Source of the DNA: Octopus bimaculoides | Lineage: Eukaryota | NCBI RefSeq assembly: GCF_001194135.2 | Contig: NC_068984.1 | Span: 57,746,786 to 57,810,785 of the forward strand | DNA: 64,000 bases | Direction: 5' to 3' | Shown here: piece by piece, positions 13,991 through 25,566 of the stretch | How the letters are laid out: the number at the start of each line of letters is the position of its first letter | How positions within the stretch are numbered: position 1 is the first letter of the stretch | The notes under the pieces: model-generated | Told to the model about the DNA's origin: nothing | Databases searched by the model: none | What the model saw: the letters and a program-made list of their open reading frames with translations, nothing else | Made by a program: the position numbers and the translations under genes

Positions 13991-15020
13991 GAATAGTGAT
14001 AGTGTGGAACTAATTCTACTCTATTATACAGATAGTTGCATTTCTGCTGTGTTCATTGAGACCACTTTTTGCATAATGATCAAGTGAAGTGGAAAAAGAA
14101 AGCAAATGGCTCCCTGAACAGGATGCCAGTTAACCACAGGAAACTTTTTTGTGCAGATAAAACTGAATTTAGTATTCTGAGCCATTGCCAATTTTACAGA
14201 ACTTTTGTCCAACAGTATGCACGTGCAACTAAACAGTTATTTAAAGTCACATGAGCAGACCTCTGATAAAAGACATTCCACCTTGATAATAGTACCTTTG
14301 TATAAGCAATTACACTGTCAGAAAGAGAAGACCACAGGGTTTTCAGAATGGTGTGCCTAATGAAAATTTACCTTGAATACTTTTAGTAGTGTGTCCCACC
14401 AGATGATGGGCCATGTCTCATATTGCCCACTTCTCAGAAAAGATTGTCCATCATTTTACACCACATCTAGTTTTTAGGTACCTTTAGCCAATTCTGCATA
14501 ATTAATTATGCTAAAAAGGAGTATCAGAACTGTACAGAAACCAGGTATTGGAAACTCAATTTTAGTAAGATAAATGCAGTAGAGCATCATGTATGAACAG
14601 GATATCAAGCATTTGATATACCAGCTGATTCACAAGAAACATGTAAGTTATTTTACCTAAAGCAAGGTTAATGATAGTATTTTGTCTGGAATTTAAGATG
14701 GCTAAAAGTTTAAATGACTGCTTTCTATGCTAGCATATGAATGTGTCAAAAGTGTGATGTTCCATTTCTATGAAATGTAGAAAGTTAAACTGAAAGACAT
14801 GCAACAATTAGAAATATCAAATACTTGCTGCATTCATTTGTATTTAACTGATCTCAGGTTTCTACTCTGAACTTGAGATACAGCTGGAAAATGAGATGAG
14901 AAAACACCTGGGTATCAAATTCAGTTATACATTTCCTGTGGTAAACAGGCTAAACTTTAGGAAACACTGACCTAATCAGACCAAATTGGCTTACATATGC
15001 AATCATTCTTAAATGAATAA

Positions 15021-17148
15021 CACAATGTAACACATGTTCATATATGCATTTTTTGCCACTAAATTCAAAAATCACATTTGCTTTGACGTAACATCGATAG
15101 TTATTTATTTATTCCTAATTTCATATTTGCTCGTTATATTTGTAACTTTTCTCTACAGCACTTTGTTGGTTCAATCTATTCTAATATTGTAAGGATAATT
15201 ACACAACATTTAGTACTTTTTCATATATTGAAAGGTATTTAGGAAGTATAATATTAGTTAGAACAAAAAGAAACAATAAAACTCTGCACTGTAAATGCCT
15301 TGATGACTCTTTTCTTAAGATAAGAAGTGCTTTGATGATCGAGATTTTCTGGAGTGTATATTTTCATCTCTTCTGACTAGAGACAATATATAATCTCCCA
15401 TCATAGCAGTAACCCATCGTCCTTGGTATCTTCTTCCCATAGTTGCGATGTCCTGATGAAATCTCTCACCATGCTCCTCACTGACATCACCCAAGTTTTC
15501 AGGGTAAAAATCTAGGTGAGAGTGCAAAAATGAACCTTTAAGGACATATGACAACCCATTTTTCTTGAAGTTTTCAATAAGCTTTGCTACCAGCCGTTTG
15601 TAATTAGGATCCTTGTGATTTCCTAGGAATCCATGAACTACATCACGAAATGCACACCAAGCTTCTTTTTCAACTTTTGTCATTGCTTGTTCCAGTTTCT
15701 TCAACTTTAACATTGCATTTACTTGGGGCCCAACAAATATGCCACCCTTGATCTTAGATAGCTTTGGAAACATAAGACAAATTTCTTGAAAAGCTTCTCC
15801 TCTAAAATCTAAGGCCTTCACAAACTGTTTTACCAATCCGAGTTTGATATGAAGTGTTGGAATCTACTAGAGGCTGTTTGAGAACATTTAACAGTTCTAC
15901 TCGTGGGGACCAATGTACTCTCTTGTAATGATCCTCATCAGCTCTGCTGTCCCATAAGCAAAGGAAACATGAATACTTTGTGTATCCTCCTTATAAGCCA
16001 AGCAAGAAGGCAAGCATCTTGAAATCACCACAAACATCCCACTTGAACTCAGCGTAATTTATTTTGTCGAGAAATTCTTTGACATTATCATAATTTTCTT
16101 TCTTCTGTATGGAGTGTGCAAGAGGCAAAGAAGGATATTTGTTTTCATTGTGGAGCAACACTGCTTTGAGACTTCATGTTGAGCTATCTATGAACAGTTG
16201 CCATTCTGCAGAATCATGCTTGAGTCCAATAGCAGTAAACAAACCAATCACATCTTTACAATAACACAGATCATTAATAATTTCATAGTAAATTTCAAAT
16301 TCTTCATGGCATTTTCGGTACACAGATGTCTTGTAATCTTCCCCCAGTAGATTCCATTCCTTCAACCTTGATGAAAGAAGTTCAGCTCCTGACATAGTAA
16401 GACCCAGATCCCTGATTAAATCATCTAGCTCACTCTGATTTGGAAAGTGAGGCTCCGAAGTCGTTCTTGGTACGAAAGCTTCCTCCATTTCTTGGCTGCT
16501 GCTACTTGTTGACTCTTCAGATGAAATATTTTCTGGTGGTAGTGGTACTCGTAAACTATCATTATGTGGGACAGGTGCTCTAGATGATGGATACTGAAGA
16601 ACTTGTCTTCCTTTCACTTTTCTGTACCATCATGATGGTTCTTTCGCTCTCTCCATACTCTTGGAATGGCAAAAGGCATTGACTTTCCTGTACATCTTAA
16701 CCATCCTTCTAGAGTAGATCAACAGCTTCCACATATCACATGTGGGGCCCATGGTTTGTCCTGGTCACCCATGAGTATTCTGAAATAGAGTCTGTACGCT
16801 ATCCACAATTTGACACCTTTAACGATCTTATGTAATACCTGCTTTTTTCCAATATAATAACCACACACATAGCAAAATGTATCTGGAGAATTTTTACATA
16901 CTCTAGTAGCCATCTTGAAAGTAGCAGAACTTAGTAATTAGTCTGAAAGAGAAAATTAGAAATACATTTAGTAGAGGAACATTATAACAATACCGAATAT
17001 ATAATAACATTGAAAGTCGGCATATTTTCTTAACTGTTGATGATACACAAAAACTAATTTCATTTTTGGAATCAGCAGAAAAAATGGATTGATAAACAAT
17101 AAAAAAAATACAATAAACAAATTTTGTTTTGAAAATTGTTACGTTGTG
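15021..17148 (-). mobile_element. Chapaev3-like (CMC superfamily) DNA transposon, near full length
   Basis: TIRs CACAATGTAACA (15021) and TGTTACGTTGTG (17137-17148) match 11/12. Both ends are flanked by TAA (15018-20, 17149-51). The interior encodes a broken transposase. Confidence 0.8.
15315..16913 (-). pseudogene. Frameshifted Chapaev3-type transposase
   Basis: ORF pieces: CKNSPDTFCYVCG...DQDKPWAPHVIC; ELDDLIRDLGL...WQLFIDSS; SLKAVLLHN...GGYTKYSCFLCLWDSRA; HIKLGLVKQFVKAL...HFLHSHLDFYPENLGDVSEEHGERFHQDI...RYQGRW. Confidence 0.8.
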
Positions 17149-17161
17149 TAATCAAAGCACA

Positions 17162-17402
17162 CAGATATTGAATAACTTTAGCTTTACTATTTTGAGTTCA
17201 TAGTTTACATTTGATAATTAGTGTTAAATGAGCACATTTACTATGATGGCAAACGATAAGAAAAACAAACAAAAAAACATGACACTTGTTACTGTGTCAT
17301 GTATTTTTGTTTGTTCTTTTTATCATTTACCATCATGCACTCATTTAACAGTAATTATTGAATGTAAACAATATTAGTAAAGCTAAAGTTATTTAATATC
17401 TG
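17162..17402. mobile_element. Foldback MITE-like palindrome (about 240 bp)
   Basis: CAGATATTGAATAACTTTAGCTTTACTA ... TAGTAAAGCTAAAGTTATTTAATATCTG, with central CATGACAC-N8-GTGTCATG. Confidence 0.75.
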
Positions 17403-18276
17403 CATGTTTTGACTATTCATTTAAAAATGTAACATAAAAGTCTGAGTGACAGATTCTCATGTCATATTACAGTTAGATATTGTTCTTGCATATTTGTTCC
17501 AATAAGTTCTATGTGCGCAAGCATGGTCATGTGATTTTCCAGGTTCAGTTTGAATGTGAGACAAGCCAATGTTTTCTACCATAGCCTTAGATTGATCTAA
17601 GCCTTGTGAGTAGAACTGGGTAGATAGGTACTATATAGAAGTCCAATAGATCTACCTGCTCTGGGTTGATAGCCTAATCCAGACTGCAATCTAGTTCATA
17701 ATCTGCAGATTGCAGGACTTTCTAAATTGCATGCCTAATGAAAAAAATTACCATGAATTCCTTTAGCAGTGTGGCCACCAGATGAGATAAATGCAGCCTC
17801 ATATGACCAACTTCTCTGAAATAATTGCCTATGCCTAGTGTAATCTATCACTTGGTTCTTGGGTACTTTTGGCCAAATCCATCTACTGCAAGCATCATAC
17901 CAAGACTCTTGTCTAAGTCTTGGGTTCTTCCTCTCTTTTCTCCATCAGACTGTGAGACCCTGCAAAAAAGGTGATAGGTACTTCTCTTTTTTTTTTTAAA
18001 TAAAGCCATAAAAAATAAATACGTGTTAAGCATTCACATATTTTTCTTTCTAATTGTCATACTTTTTTTTCTAACATTTTTACATTTGTTTGCCTTTGCT
18101 AGCATGAGTTGAATAGTTCTGTAAATTTGACCATGTATGGGTTTATAGAGTCAGTACTTTTCCTGATGGATGCTGATTCTAATAACACCAACCATTCATA
18201 AAGTAGAAATGATTTCTAATTTTAGTAAAATTTTCATAATTTTTAGAAAAGTACTTTCCTCAAGTACTTGCTTTCC

Positions 18277-18325
18277 TCTTCTTCCTTCTTCTTCTTCCTT
18301 TTCTTCTTCTTCCTCCTCTTCTTCC
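18277..18325. repeat. (TTC/TCC)n low-complexity tract
   Basis: cttcttccttcttcttcttccttttcttcttcttcctcctcttcttcc. Confidence 0.8.
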
Positions 18326-18654
18326 ACTTCAAGTGGAAACAGCCAAAATATGTTTCACCACACTTCACAAGGAATCTCTATCATCACTTTTGATAGTTCC
18401 TCGGTATTTCATGCTCTTTTGTACCTGTTAATAATATCAATATAGTTGAGTGGTTTTCATTTTCTATTAGGTGCAGAAGTCTCTAAAACATAACATCTAA
18501 TATGACATTCTGGATTATTGCAATAACCAGTAAAGCTACCTTACATTGAACAAAAATAGTTGAGATGGGGCAGAATAAGTCCATAATTCTCCTTGCAAAT
18601 CCTGTGCTTATGCCAAAAGGTGTTTTGAGCTCTCATGAGATGCCAGATGCTCAT

Positions 18655-18850
18655 TCTAATTTTGGCACAAAGCCATCAATTTAGAGTGGGAATAGAAGTT
18701 GATTACATCAACTCCAGTGTTGAACTGGTATTTATTTTATCAATTCTGAAAGAATGAAAGGCAAAGTTGACCTCAGCGGAATTCGAACTCAAAATGTAAA
18801 AGGTTGGAAGAAATGCTGCTAGGTAACAATTCTACCAGCTCACTGCCTTC
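18655..18850 (-). repeat. SINE family A copy
   Basis: Reverse-complement motifs GAAAGGCAAAGTTGACCTCAGCGGAATTCGAACTCAAAATG. Confidence 0.8.
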
Positions 18851-19032
18851 AGATGCCTGATATGTATATAACATGAAGATAATTTTGAAGCTCTTTCTTC
18901 ATGGTCCAGGATTCAGTTGTCTATAGCAATAATAATAGATTTAAAGTTTCATAATTTCAAGAACTAGATTTAGACTTAGAAAATTACTATTTGTAAATCT
19001 CACAATGAGATATTCAGCAACAGTACTTTGGA

Positions 19033-19303
19033 CTAAAGATTATTTGCCAACATAACATAACAGTCCTGGTTTAGGACAAATGTTGTTGTAATTTAGCCCC
19101 AGGAGACACTGTCTCCAGCTGGCTATACGACACGATTTGTATCCTTATATTTTCAAACAAGGGAATCTAGCACCCCCACTTGAAAATATAAGGACACAGA
19201 TCGTGTTATACAGCCAGCTGGAGACAATGTCTCCTGGGGCTAAATTACAGCAACATTCATCCTAAACCAGGACTGCCATGTTATGTTGGCAAATAATCTT
19301 TAG
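19033..19303. mobile_element. MITE with about 120-bp terminal inverted repeats
   Basis: CTAAAGATTATTTGCCAACATAACAT...TTTTCAA arm mirrored by TTGAAAA...ATGTTATGTTGGCAAATAATCTTTAG. Confidence 0.8.
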
Positions 19304-19698
19304 ATTTAGACTTATTTACATTTTATGAAACGTAGCTAATATAAAATATACTTCTATTTTATCTCTATCCAATAGCTCTTACAGTTCTTGCTTATAGATA
19401 ATGTTTCATAGAAGGAAATCCAATGAAATTTGGCATCAGTTAATTAAATATTCAGATCTTTGAGTGGTTTTTCATTTCTTTTTCAATTTATTTCCCAATT
19501 CACACACTTATATAACAAAAATTGATTTGCTGCAAACAACAGAATTAATATAAACATATATGTATAATGAGAGAAAAATGTTAGAAAACAACTTCATATG
19601 CCAGGATACAAAATTTTATTGTATTCAAGAAAAGTAACTTATAATTGGTTGGTTGATACTTCAATTTAGACAGTTAAATTATGTGTGCAATGCAAATG

Positions 19699-19732
<34 letters not shown>

Positions 19733-19756
19733 CATTCTTTATTTTTACATTTTTCT

Positions 19757-20131
19757 TTTTACTTGTTTCAGTCATTTGACTGCGGCCATGCTGGAGCACT
19801 GCCTTTAGTCAAACAAATCAACCCCAGGACTTATTCTTTGTAAGCCTAGTACTTATTCTATCGGTCTCTTTTGCCAAACCACTAGGTTACAGGGATATAA
19901 ACAGACCAACATTGGTTGTCAAGCGATGGTGAGGGGACAAACACAGACACACAAATACATACATACATATATATATGACGGGCTTCTTTCAGTTTCCGTC
20001 TACCAAATCCACTCACAAGGCTTTGGTCAGCCTGAGGCTATAGTAGAAGATACTTGCCCAAGGTGCCACGCAGTGGGAATGAACCCAGAACCATGTGGTT
20101 GGTAAGCAAGCTACTTACCACACAGCCACTC
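19757..20131 (-). repeat. tRNA-derived SINE family B (internal CA/TA microsatellite)
   Basis: Minus-strand head GAGTGGCTGTGTGG (A box)...GGGTTCATTCCC (B box), body and AAACAAGTAAA tail. Confidence 0.85.
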
Positions 20132-20354
20132 ATGCGAATGCTTATTATTGATTATTATTTTTTTCCCCCATTTTGTGTCCTGGAACTGATTCACATTCCA
20201 TGTTTTTAACATTTTTCTTGAATATCTATTATTTGGTAGTTTACCAAGTTGATTCATGGCCCAAAATACGAGCATGCATTTATATTTACAGTTTATTGGT
20301 ACCTATAGATTTCAGAGAGTTTTGTGGATTGTTCTTTCAGTGTGTATGTAGTTA

Positions 20355-20790
20355 ATCATCATCATCATCATCGTCGTTTAACGTCCGCTTTCCATGCTAG
20401 CATGGGTTGGACGATTTGACTGAGGACTGGTGAAACCAGATGGCTACTCCAGGCTCCAATCTGATTTGGCAGAGTTTCTACAGCTGGATGCCCTTCCTAA
20501 CGCCAACCACTCAGAGAGTGTAGTTGGTGCTTTTACGTGCCACCCGCACGAAGGCCAGTTAGGCGGTACTGGCAACGGCCACGCTCAAAATGGTGTATTT
20601 TATGTGCCACCCGCACAAGAGCCAGTCCAGGGGCACTGGCAACGATCTCGCTCGAAAGTCCTTACACATGCCGCGGGCACAAGTGCCAGAAAGGCGACGC
20701 TGGGCACATGTGCCATCACAATTTCGCTTTCGCTTGCCCCAATAAGTCTTCGCAAGCTGAGTTTCGTGTCCAATGAGGGAGACGACGTTA
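20355..20790 (-). repeat. SINE/retroposon family C with GGAAGGGCATCC core and (GAT)n tail
   Basis: (CAT)n at the left, then AACGTCCGCTTTCCATGCTAGCATGGGTTGGACG and GGATGCCCTTCCTAACGCCAACC; homologous to 48900-49520. Confidence 0.8.
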
Positions 20791-20794
20791 ATAA

Positions 20795-21433
20795 TGTTAA
20801 AAGTTGTGCATTCAACTATCAGAAGATTAATCTGTTAAAACTGATCACTCAGTCAAGGAATAATGATAAAAAGGAAAAAAATCAATAAAAGTCGATAGGG
20901 CTTGAGAGTTTCAGGTGAATATAGATGTTTTTTTAAACTAGAGAATCTCGCTACCAACCTGCAAGAATCTTCTGTACCAAGTAACCGGTCTCCAGCATCG
21001 ACGCTCAACTTCACACACAACATGTGAGACCACAGCTCTGCTCTTCGGCAACAACTTCCTGAATACAGACATTCAACTGTGTAACTCTTATACGAACTGG
21101 TATTTCTCTATCTTTGTGTTCAGGTCTCTTATAGTCTATGTTACAGACACTTATTCTATGCTTTGTATTCTACATTCACATACAAACACATTATTGTACT
21201 CATACATATTGTACACATACTCTTGCTTATACTACGGTCCGTCATTCATAATGTTGTATACATACTCTTGTACAAGAAGGCCTGTCTTATGTATGTGTTA
21301 TTAGCCGCATGCACGCACAAACAGACACACAGTTGACTACCTCAATAAACTTACTCTTTATATATATCTAACGGTTGTCTGTCATTCTCTCTTTCCTTTA
21401 CTGGCACTTGCTCGCATCTCATGTTATATAACA
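20795..21433 (+). mobile_element. LTR-like segment
   Basis: TGTTA...ATAACA ends, AATAAA near 21342, CA/TG-rich U3-like interior. No matching TSD was found and the left boundary is uncertain. Confidence 0.35.
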
Positions 21434-21499
21434 TGTTTTGTGTTCGACCGTGCGGCGCGTGAAAAGGAGCTTTCTTCCGTTCGTCGCCATCTTCTTTGG

Positions 21500-23220
21500 T
21501 TCGCACGATCGTTTATTACAACTGACACCCGTATCCACCATAAAGGACTTTGAAGAATTTGGCATCTCTGATAAAGAACGCTCGATGAGGGAGACAACTG
21601 ATGAGCCCAGTGTCTACCTGCCTAGTTTGCCTGAGAAGAGTAGGAGCAGGGCTGTGCACATTTCTCGGTCTGGTCCTTGAACTTCCTGTGGTACCAGCAG
21701 ACTGAGGGCGCAGGAAGTGCGCATGTGCTCGAGAAGGAGCAACGCCTGGTCCTTCCTGTCGAATGATGCCTTGAAGATGAACGGTTCCTACACATGCGTG
21801 AAACCTGGCGGGTCAGTTCTGCGTCGGCCCACAAGATTTCAGGGTACTACTAAAGCAGCATGGTCCCGAACGCGCAGTCGCGCGTCCGCGCTAGCTAGTC
21901 GTGAGTGGTCGATCCTAACCACATTCATTTGCACACGCGGGTTAGGATCGACCACTCACGACTAGCTAGCGCGGACGCGCGACTGCGCGTTCGGGACCAT
22001 GCTGATTTAGTAGTACCAGATTTCAGAGGATTGCATGTCAACCGGAGCAGAAGAAGTAGAATCTCGAGAGGAAGATGAAGAAGCAGAGGATGGTGAGCCA
22101 GAAAATTCCATAATCCTGTCTGCGGAGGCGGCGAATGTTCAAGGGCCGTGTGTTTCATCATAGGAGCTAAAATCGACTGTACATTAGAAGGCATCTTCGA
22201 GAAAAATAGTTGTTTGACAAATGCCTGTCCTTCATATGAGCTATCGGACAACTCTTGGATTCGTCGTAAAAACTGGGTGGGGGTTCGCTCCCCGAGATGC
22301 TTATCCTGCAAGAGTGTGCAAAATTTACTCTCAGCCGAGGGTGAGTTACGCCGCAGAACCTCGACTTTGAAAGTTTCGTAAGTCATATCCGGTGGGGTTC
22401 CTGTTATCATATCTCTCACTGAAAGTGCAAGCGGAGAAGGAATGCCAGTAAGAGTGATGTGGAGTTTGCTCTGTGCTGACTGAATTGTTAAAAGAAATGA
22501 AGAACGAATCCTGTTGTGAAAACCACATCTTAACATCTCCTTGATATTGAGGCAGAGGAAAATGACTCATCTTGGACGACAGTAGGAAAACGGAACGGCA
22601 CGAAGAACAACTGGTTGAAGAAACACTGTTAGAAATAGCAGTCAAAACACACTAGATAAAAGAAGACGCGACGAGCCACGAACTAGGAATTTGTTTTTTT
22701 TTTTAATAGCAGAGGATGAAAATAGAAGAAATCCTTGCTAGTTGATAGGGAACAAATTATGGCCAACGCGTAGATAATCCGGGTGGTTGAGAGAAAGAAA
22801 CTCATACCTGACATGTAGGAAAATTTTCTGTCCATGTGAATTCTTGTGAAAATTCCAGATGATTTTTTTTTTCCTTTTTTCTTTTTTTTTTTATAAGCAA
22901 GAAGAAAATTCTCTGGAACGCTGTCTTCCAATGACCAAGATGTATTTTCGGTTACAACCCGAGGAAAATGATTTGCAGTTTCCCCGCTTGAAAATGACAC
23001 CAAAATTTTTCCTGGTGAAGAAGACCATATGATGACGAGAGACATCAGTGGTAGCATATTCCTATGCGAGGAGTGGTGGTCTGGTTGCGTCACGAAAGAG
23101 AAAAGGGAATACGTCTTCACTGGTCTGTATTCGCTCAGTGGTCACCATTTCAGATGAATATGTTCATCTCCCACATTGGGTTGTCATTTTAGAAGTCTGT
23201 GTTCACGTCGGAGGTCACCA
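21500..23220 (-). mobile_element. CsRn1/Boudicca-like Ty3/gypsy remnant: PBS, gag and start of protease
   Basis: PBS TGGTGACCTCCGACGTGAA (23220-23202) resembles the complement of the tRNA-Trp 3' end. Gag: FPLPQYQGDVKMWF...VRDMITGTPP...LGERTPTQFLRRIQEL...LFFSKMPSNVQSILA and C-terminal CWYHRKFKDQTEKCAQPC. Protease FMVDTG near 21530. Confidence 0.85.
21843..22017. mobile_element. 175-bp hairpin MITE with 9-bp TSD (Merlin-type termini), inserted in gag
   Basis: 78-bp arms with one mismatch, 19-nt loop, GGTAC...GTACC termini, AGATTTCAG duplicated at 21834-21842 and 22018-22026. Confidence 0.9.
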
Positions 23221-23282
23221 TTTTAGATGATGCAGGTCGTTATGAGCCACCTAATATGACTTTCAGAAGGCTGTAATTTCGC

Positions 23283-23597
23283 TGGTGGTAAACCCGGATG
23301 AAAAACATACAAGCGAGGTTGCAACTTAAACACGTTTATTGTGGCCACGCGTATATTACACAATGGGATGATAAATAGAATGGCTGGTGTGTAAAGGCCA
23401 TGGTCTTCTGTGCTATGCTCCTATCTTGTAGCTGGTGGGTGTTGAGAGAGGCTAGATCACATCTTTACAGTTCGAGGTCCCAGTACAGAAAGTGGAAGAG
23501 ATAAGGTCATGTGGCTGAACCTTAATGTTTTGTAACGCCTTCTATCTCTGTATAGCCAGCTTGTTTACCCGCTGTCAGGGGGAGTAATGCGCCTACA
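23283..23597 (-). mobile_element. LTR-like segment next to the CsRn1-like PBS
   Basis: On the minus strand it begins TGTAGG, ends ACCACCA and has AATAAAC about 50 nt from the end. It lies about 60 nt from the PBS, which is not the canonical spacing. Confidence 0.5.
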
Positions 23598-24529
23598 CCT
23601 TCATGTCGCTAATTTGACCGAAAATGCTATTCAAGAGCTCTGCCGTATTTTCTTGATGTATTTTTGGCCGTTTCTCTTGATGTAAAGCCTTCAGATTATT
23701 ACCTATTTTAGTTGCTCTCCAACAATCTGCGACACGTTTGTTCAACGACTACGTGGTTCGATTAATTCTTCAAGTCAAAACCTGATGATTTTTACTGTCA
23801 AAGCATTGCAAGCTTGTGTAACGTTGGCAAGAAGTCATGAACAATGAAAGAGAATATATTAGAATAAATTATTGACTGATCTGTTAAAGTTGTTGATGAA
23901 AAATAAAGATTTTTAGTGAGACCTAGATTTGAAACCGTATAGGTTTAGCAGCTAAAGATTAGGCAGCTTCCATGAATATGAGCCAATCATCTTGTTGCAA
24001 TATCAACCCATATTATTGAAAGTATCAGATGTTTCTGCCAAAATAGAGGTTATAAATGCGAAAACATAGTCAAACACACTAGAGGTGCCCATAGGAAACA
24101 CAGATAAACAAGTCCGAAAGAAGACTGGTTTCTTGGCTGCTACTCGACCCCAAATTTTAAAAAAACCGTCGACTATGAAGAACAGAGTTTTACATTGGTT
24201 AAAGCCACACTTGGTTTTACTATAAAAAAAACATGTACATCATTGTATAATATATTTTGCGTGTTCATTTGTAGAAGTAACAAAAGAAACCATCTATATT
24301 CCTTCGTAAAGTGGTACACGGAATCAAAGCAAGAAACATTACAAATTCTGTTGGTTGTTGTTCACCATCATTTGATAATTCAGCTTGGGTCGTCGTTGGT
24401 TATATATTAATTTTCCTCTGGAAACAGCAGGATGTGCATAGCTCGTCTTGATGAAAAAAAAACTCTCACCTCTCTGATTCGTGAATAATCTGTCAAACCA
24501 ATTTATGGAAAAGGAGGCTCCAGACCACA

Positions 24530-24690
24530 TACAGGATTTGTTATTTGAAATATATTACGCGCAACGTGATTGGACCTTCGATCCAATTCCTGCGTAAAAT
24601 TCAACCAATCACATCACGAGCTAAAGGCAAATAACAAAATGTATTATAACCGAACTAAACGAAATCGGGTTTAATGAGGGAGGTACCTTG
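24530..24690. promoter_or_regulatory. CCAAT-box cluster, candidate bidirectional promoter
   Basis: GTGATTGG (24566-73), CCAAT (24583-87) and CCAATCAC (24605-12) in a CpG-retaining zone. Minus-strand donor GAG|GTGAGA at 24470; plus-strand GAG|GTACCT near 24687. Confidence 0.35.
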
Positions 24691-25462
24691 TGAAAAATCA
24701 CCTGACAAAGCACATCTGCACTGAATAATGCACCCCAACTAGCTGTACAACATTTTGCCCACGAGGAGCCGATGCACAATGGATTGAAACGATCGTAGTG
24801 GTTAACAAAGAATCCATGTAAATTCTATTTTCTCATGTTATATACATTGTGTGTGTATAATATACTAAGTCTCTTTCTTATGTATACTTCTTTTGTAAAT
24901 AACACTTTAACGTCTGAAGCTATTCCAATTTATATGATTTACTTTCTAAATCATTCGACACGACCTGGAGTCGTTGTGTTTATTTTTTTTGTATTTGTTT
25001 CATACTGAAACAGTTTGATGTTTTCTAAATTAACCAACAATGTTTCTTTCTTACTTCAACAATGTCTATTTAGTTGTTCTGTTTGTCTTTTATATTTGAA
25101 AGTTCATTCTGTTTTCGTAATGCTTAACTAATGTTTCAATATTCATAAATCTTGACGATGTGCCGTGCATCGCAATAATTATGAGATTTTTTTTTCACCA
25201 TTATTGTAGCCCGAACAGTCCTTTTGCAGTAAGTTGCTATCATACTCAAGCTTGATCTGATTGTTTTCTCGCCAACACCAATAAAAATCTTTCTCTCTAA
25301 ATTTTCAAACAGGGTTTGAAAATAAACAGAACAGCGTTGTTCTGTTTATTTATTTTTTTTTTTTTTTTGTATCCAGAAGTTCATTCTGCGATCTTTTGAT
25401 GTGTCACAATGTTCATAAATTCAGATGATCTGTCTGGCATCGCAACAGTCATAAGCAATTTT

Positions 25463-25566
25463 GGTGCTACTGAAACTGCGGTAAGCACCCTAAAGGGTGC
25501 TGTCTACCGCAGTTTCAGTAGTCTGTGCTGTGAAATTGTCTGATTTGGGTTAACGTTAGGGTTAGG
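25463..25566. repeat. Short hairpin element with GGTGCTACTGAA terminus and adjacent TTAGGG-like repeats
   Basis: CTACTGAAACTGCGGTAAGCACCC-TAAA-GGGTGCTGTCTACCGCAGTTTCAGTAG, then GGGTTAACGTTAGGGTTAGG (25547-66). Confidence 0.6.

Noticed and set aside
18240-18425. Minus-strand Glu-rich stretch with PCEV-W/GETYF zinc-finger-like scrap
   Set aside because: All three frames stop, and the resemblance needs an assumed 2-nt deletion next to a GAA tract
20430-20888. 152-aa ORF and overlapping ORFs
   Set aside because: Antisense frames of a family C repeat; the same peptide recurs at 49270-49479
21717-22020. Peptide AWSRTRSRASALASREWSILT appearing on both strands
   Set aside because: Artefact of translating the two arms of the hairpin MITE
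22683-23120. 145-aa minus-strand ORF upstream of gag
   Set aside because: Lies in the retroelement leader, contains poly-A-derived Lys runs and has no domain signal
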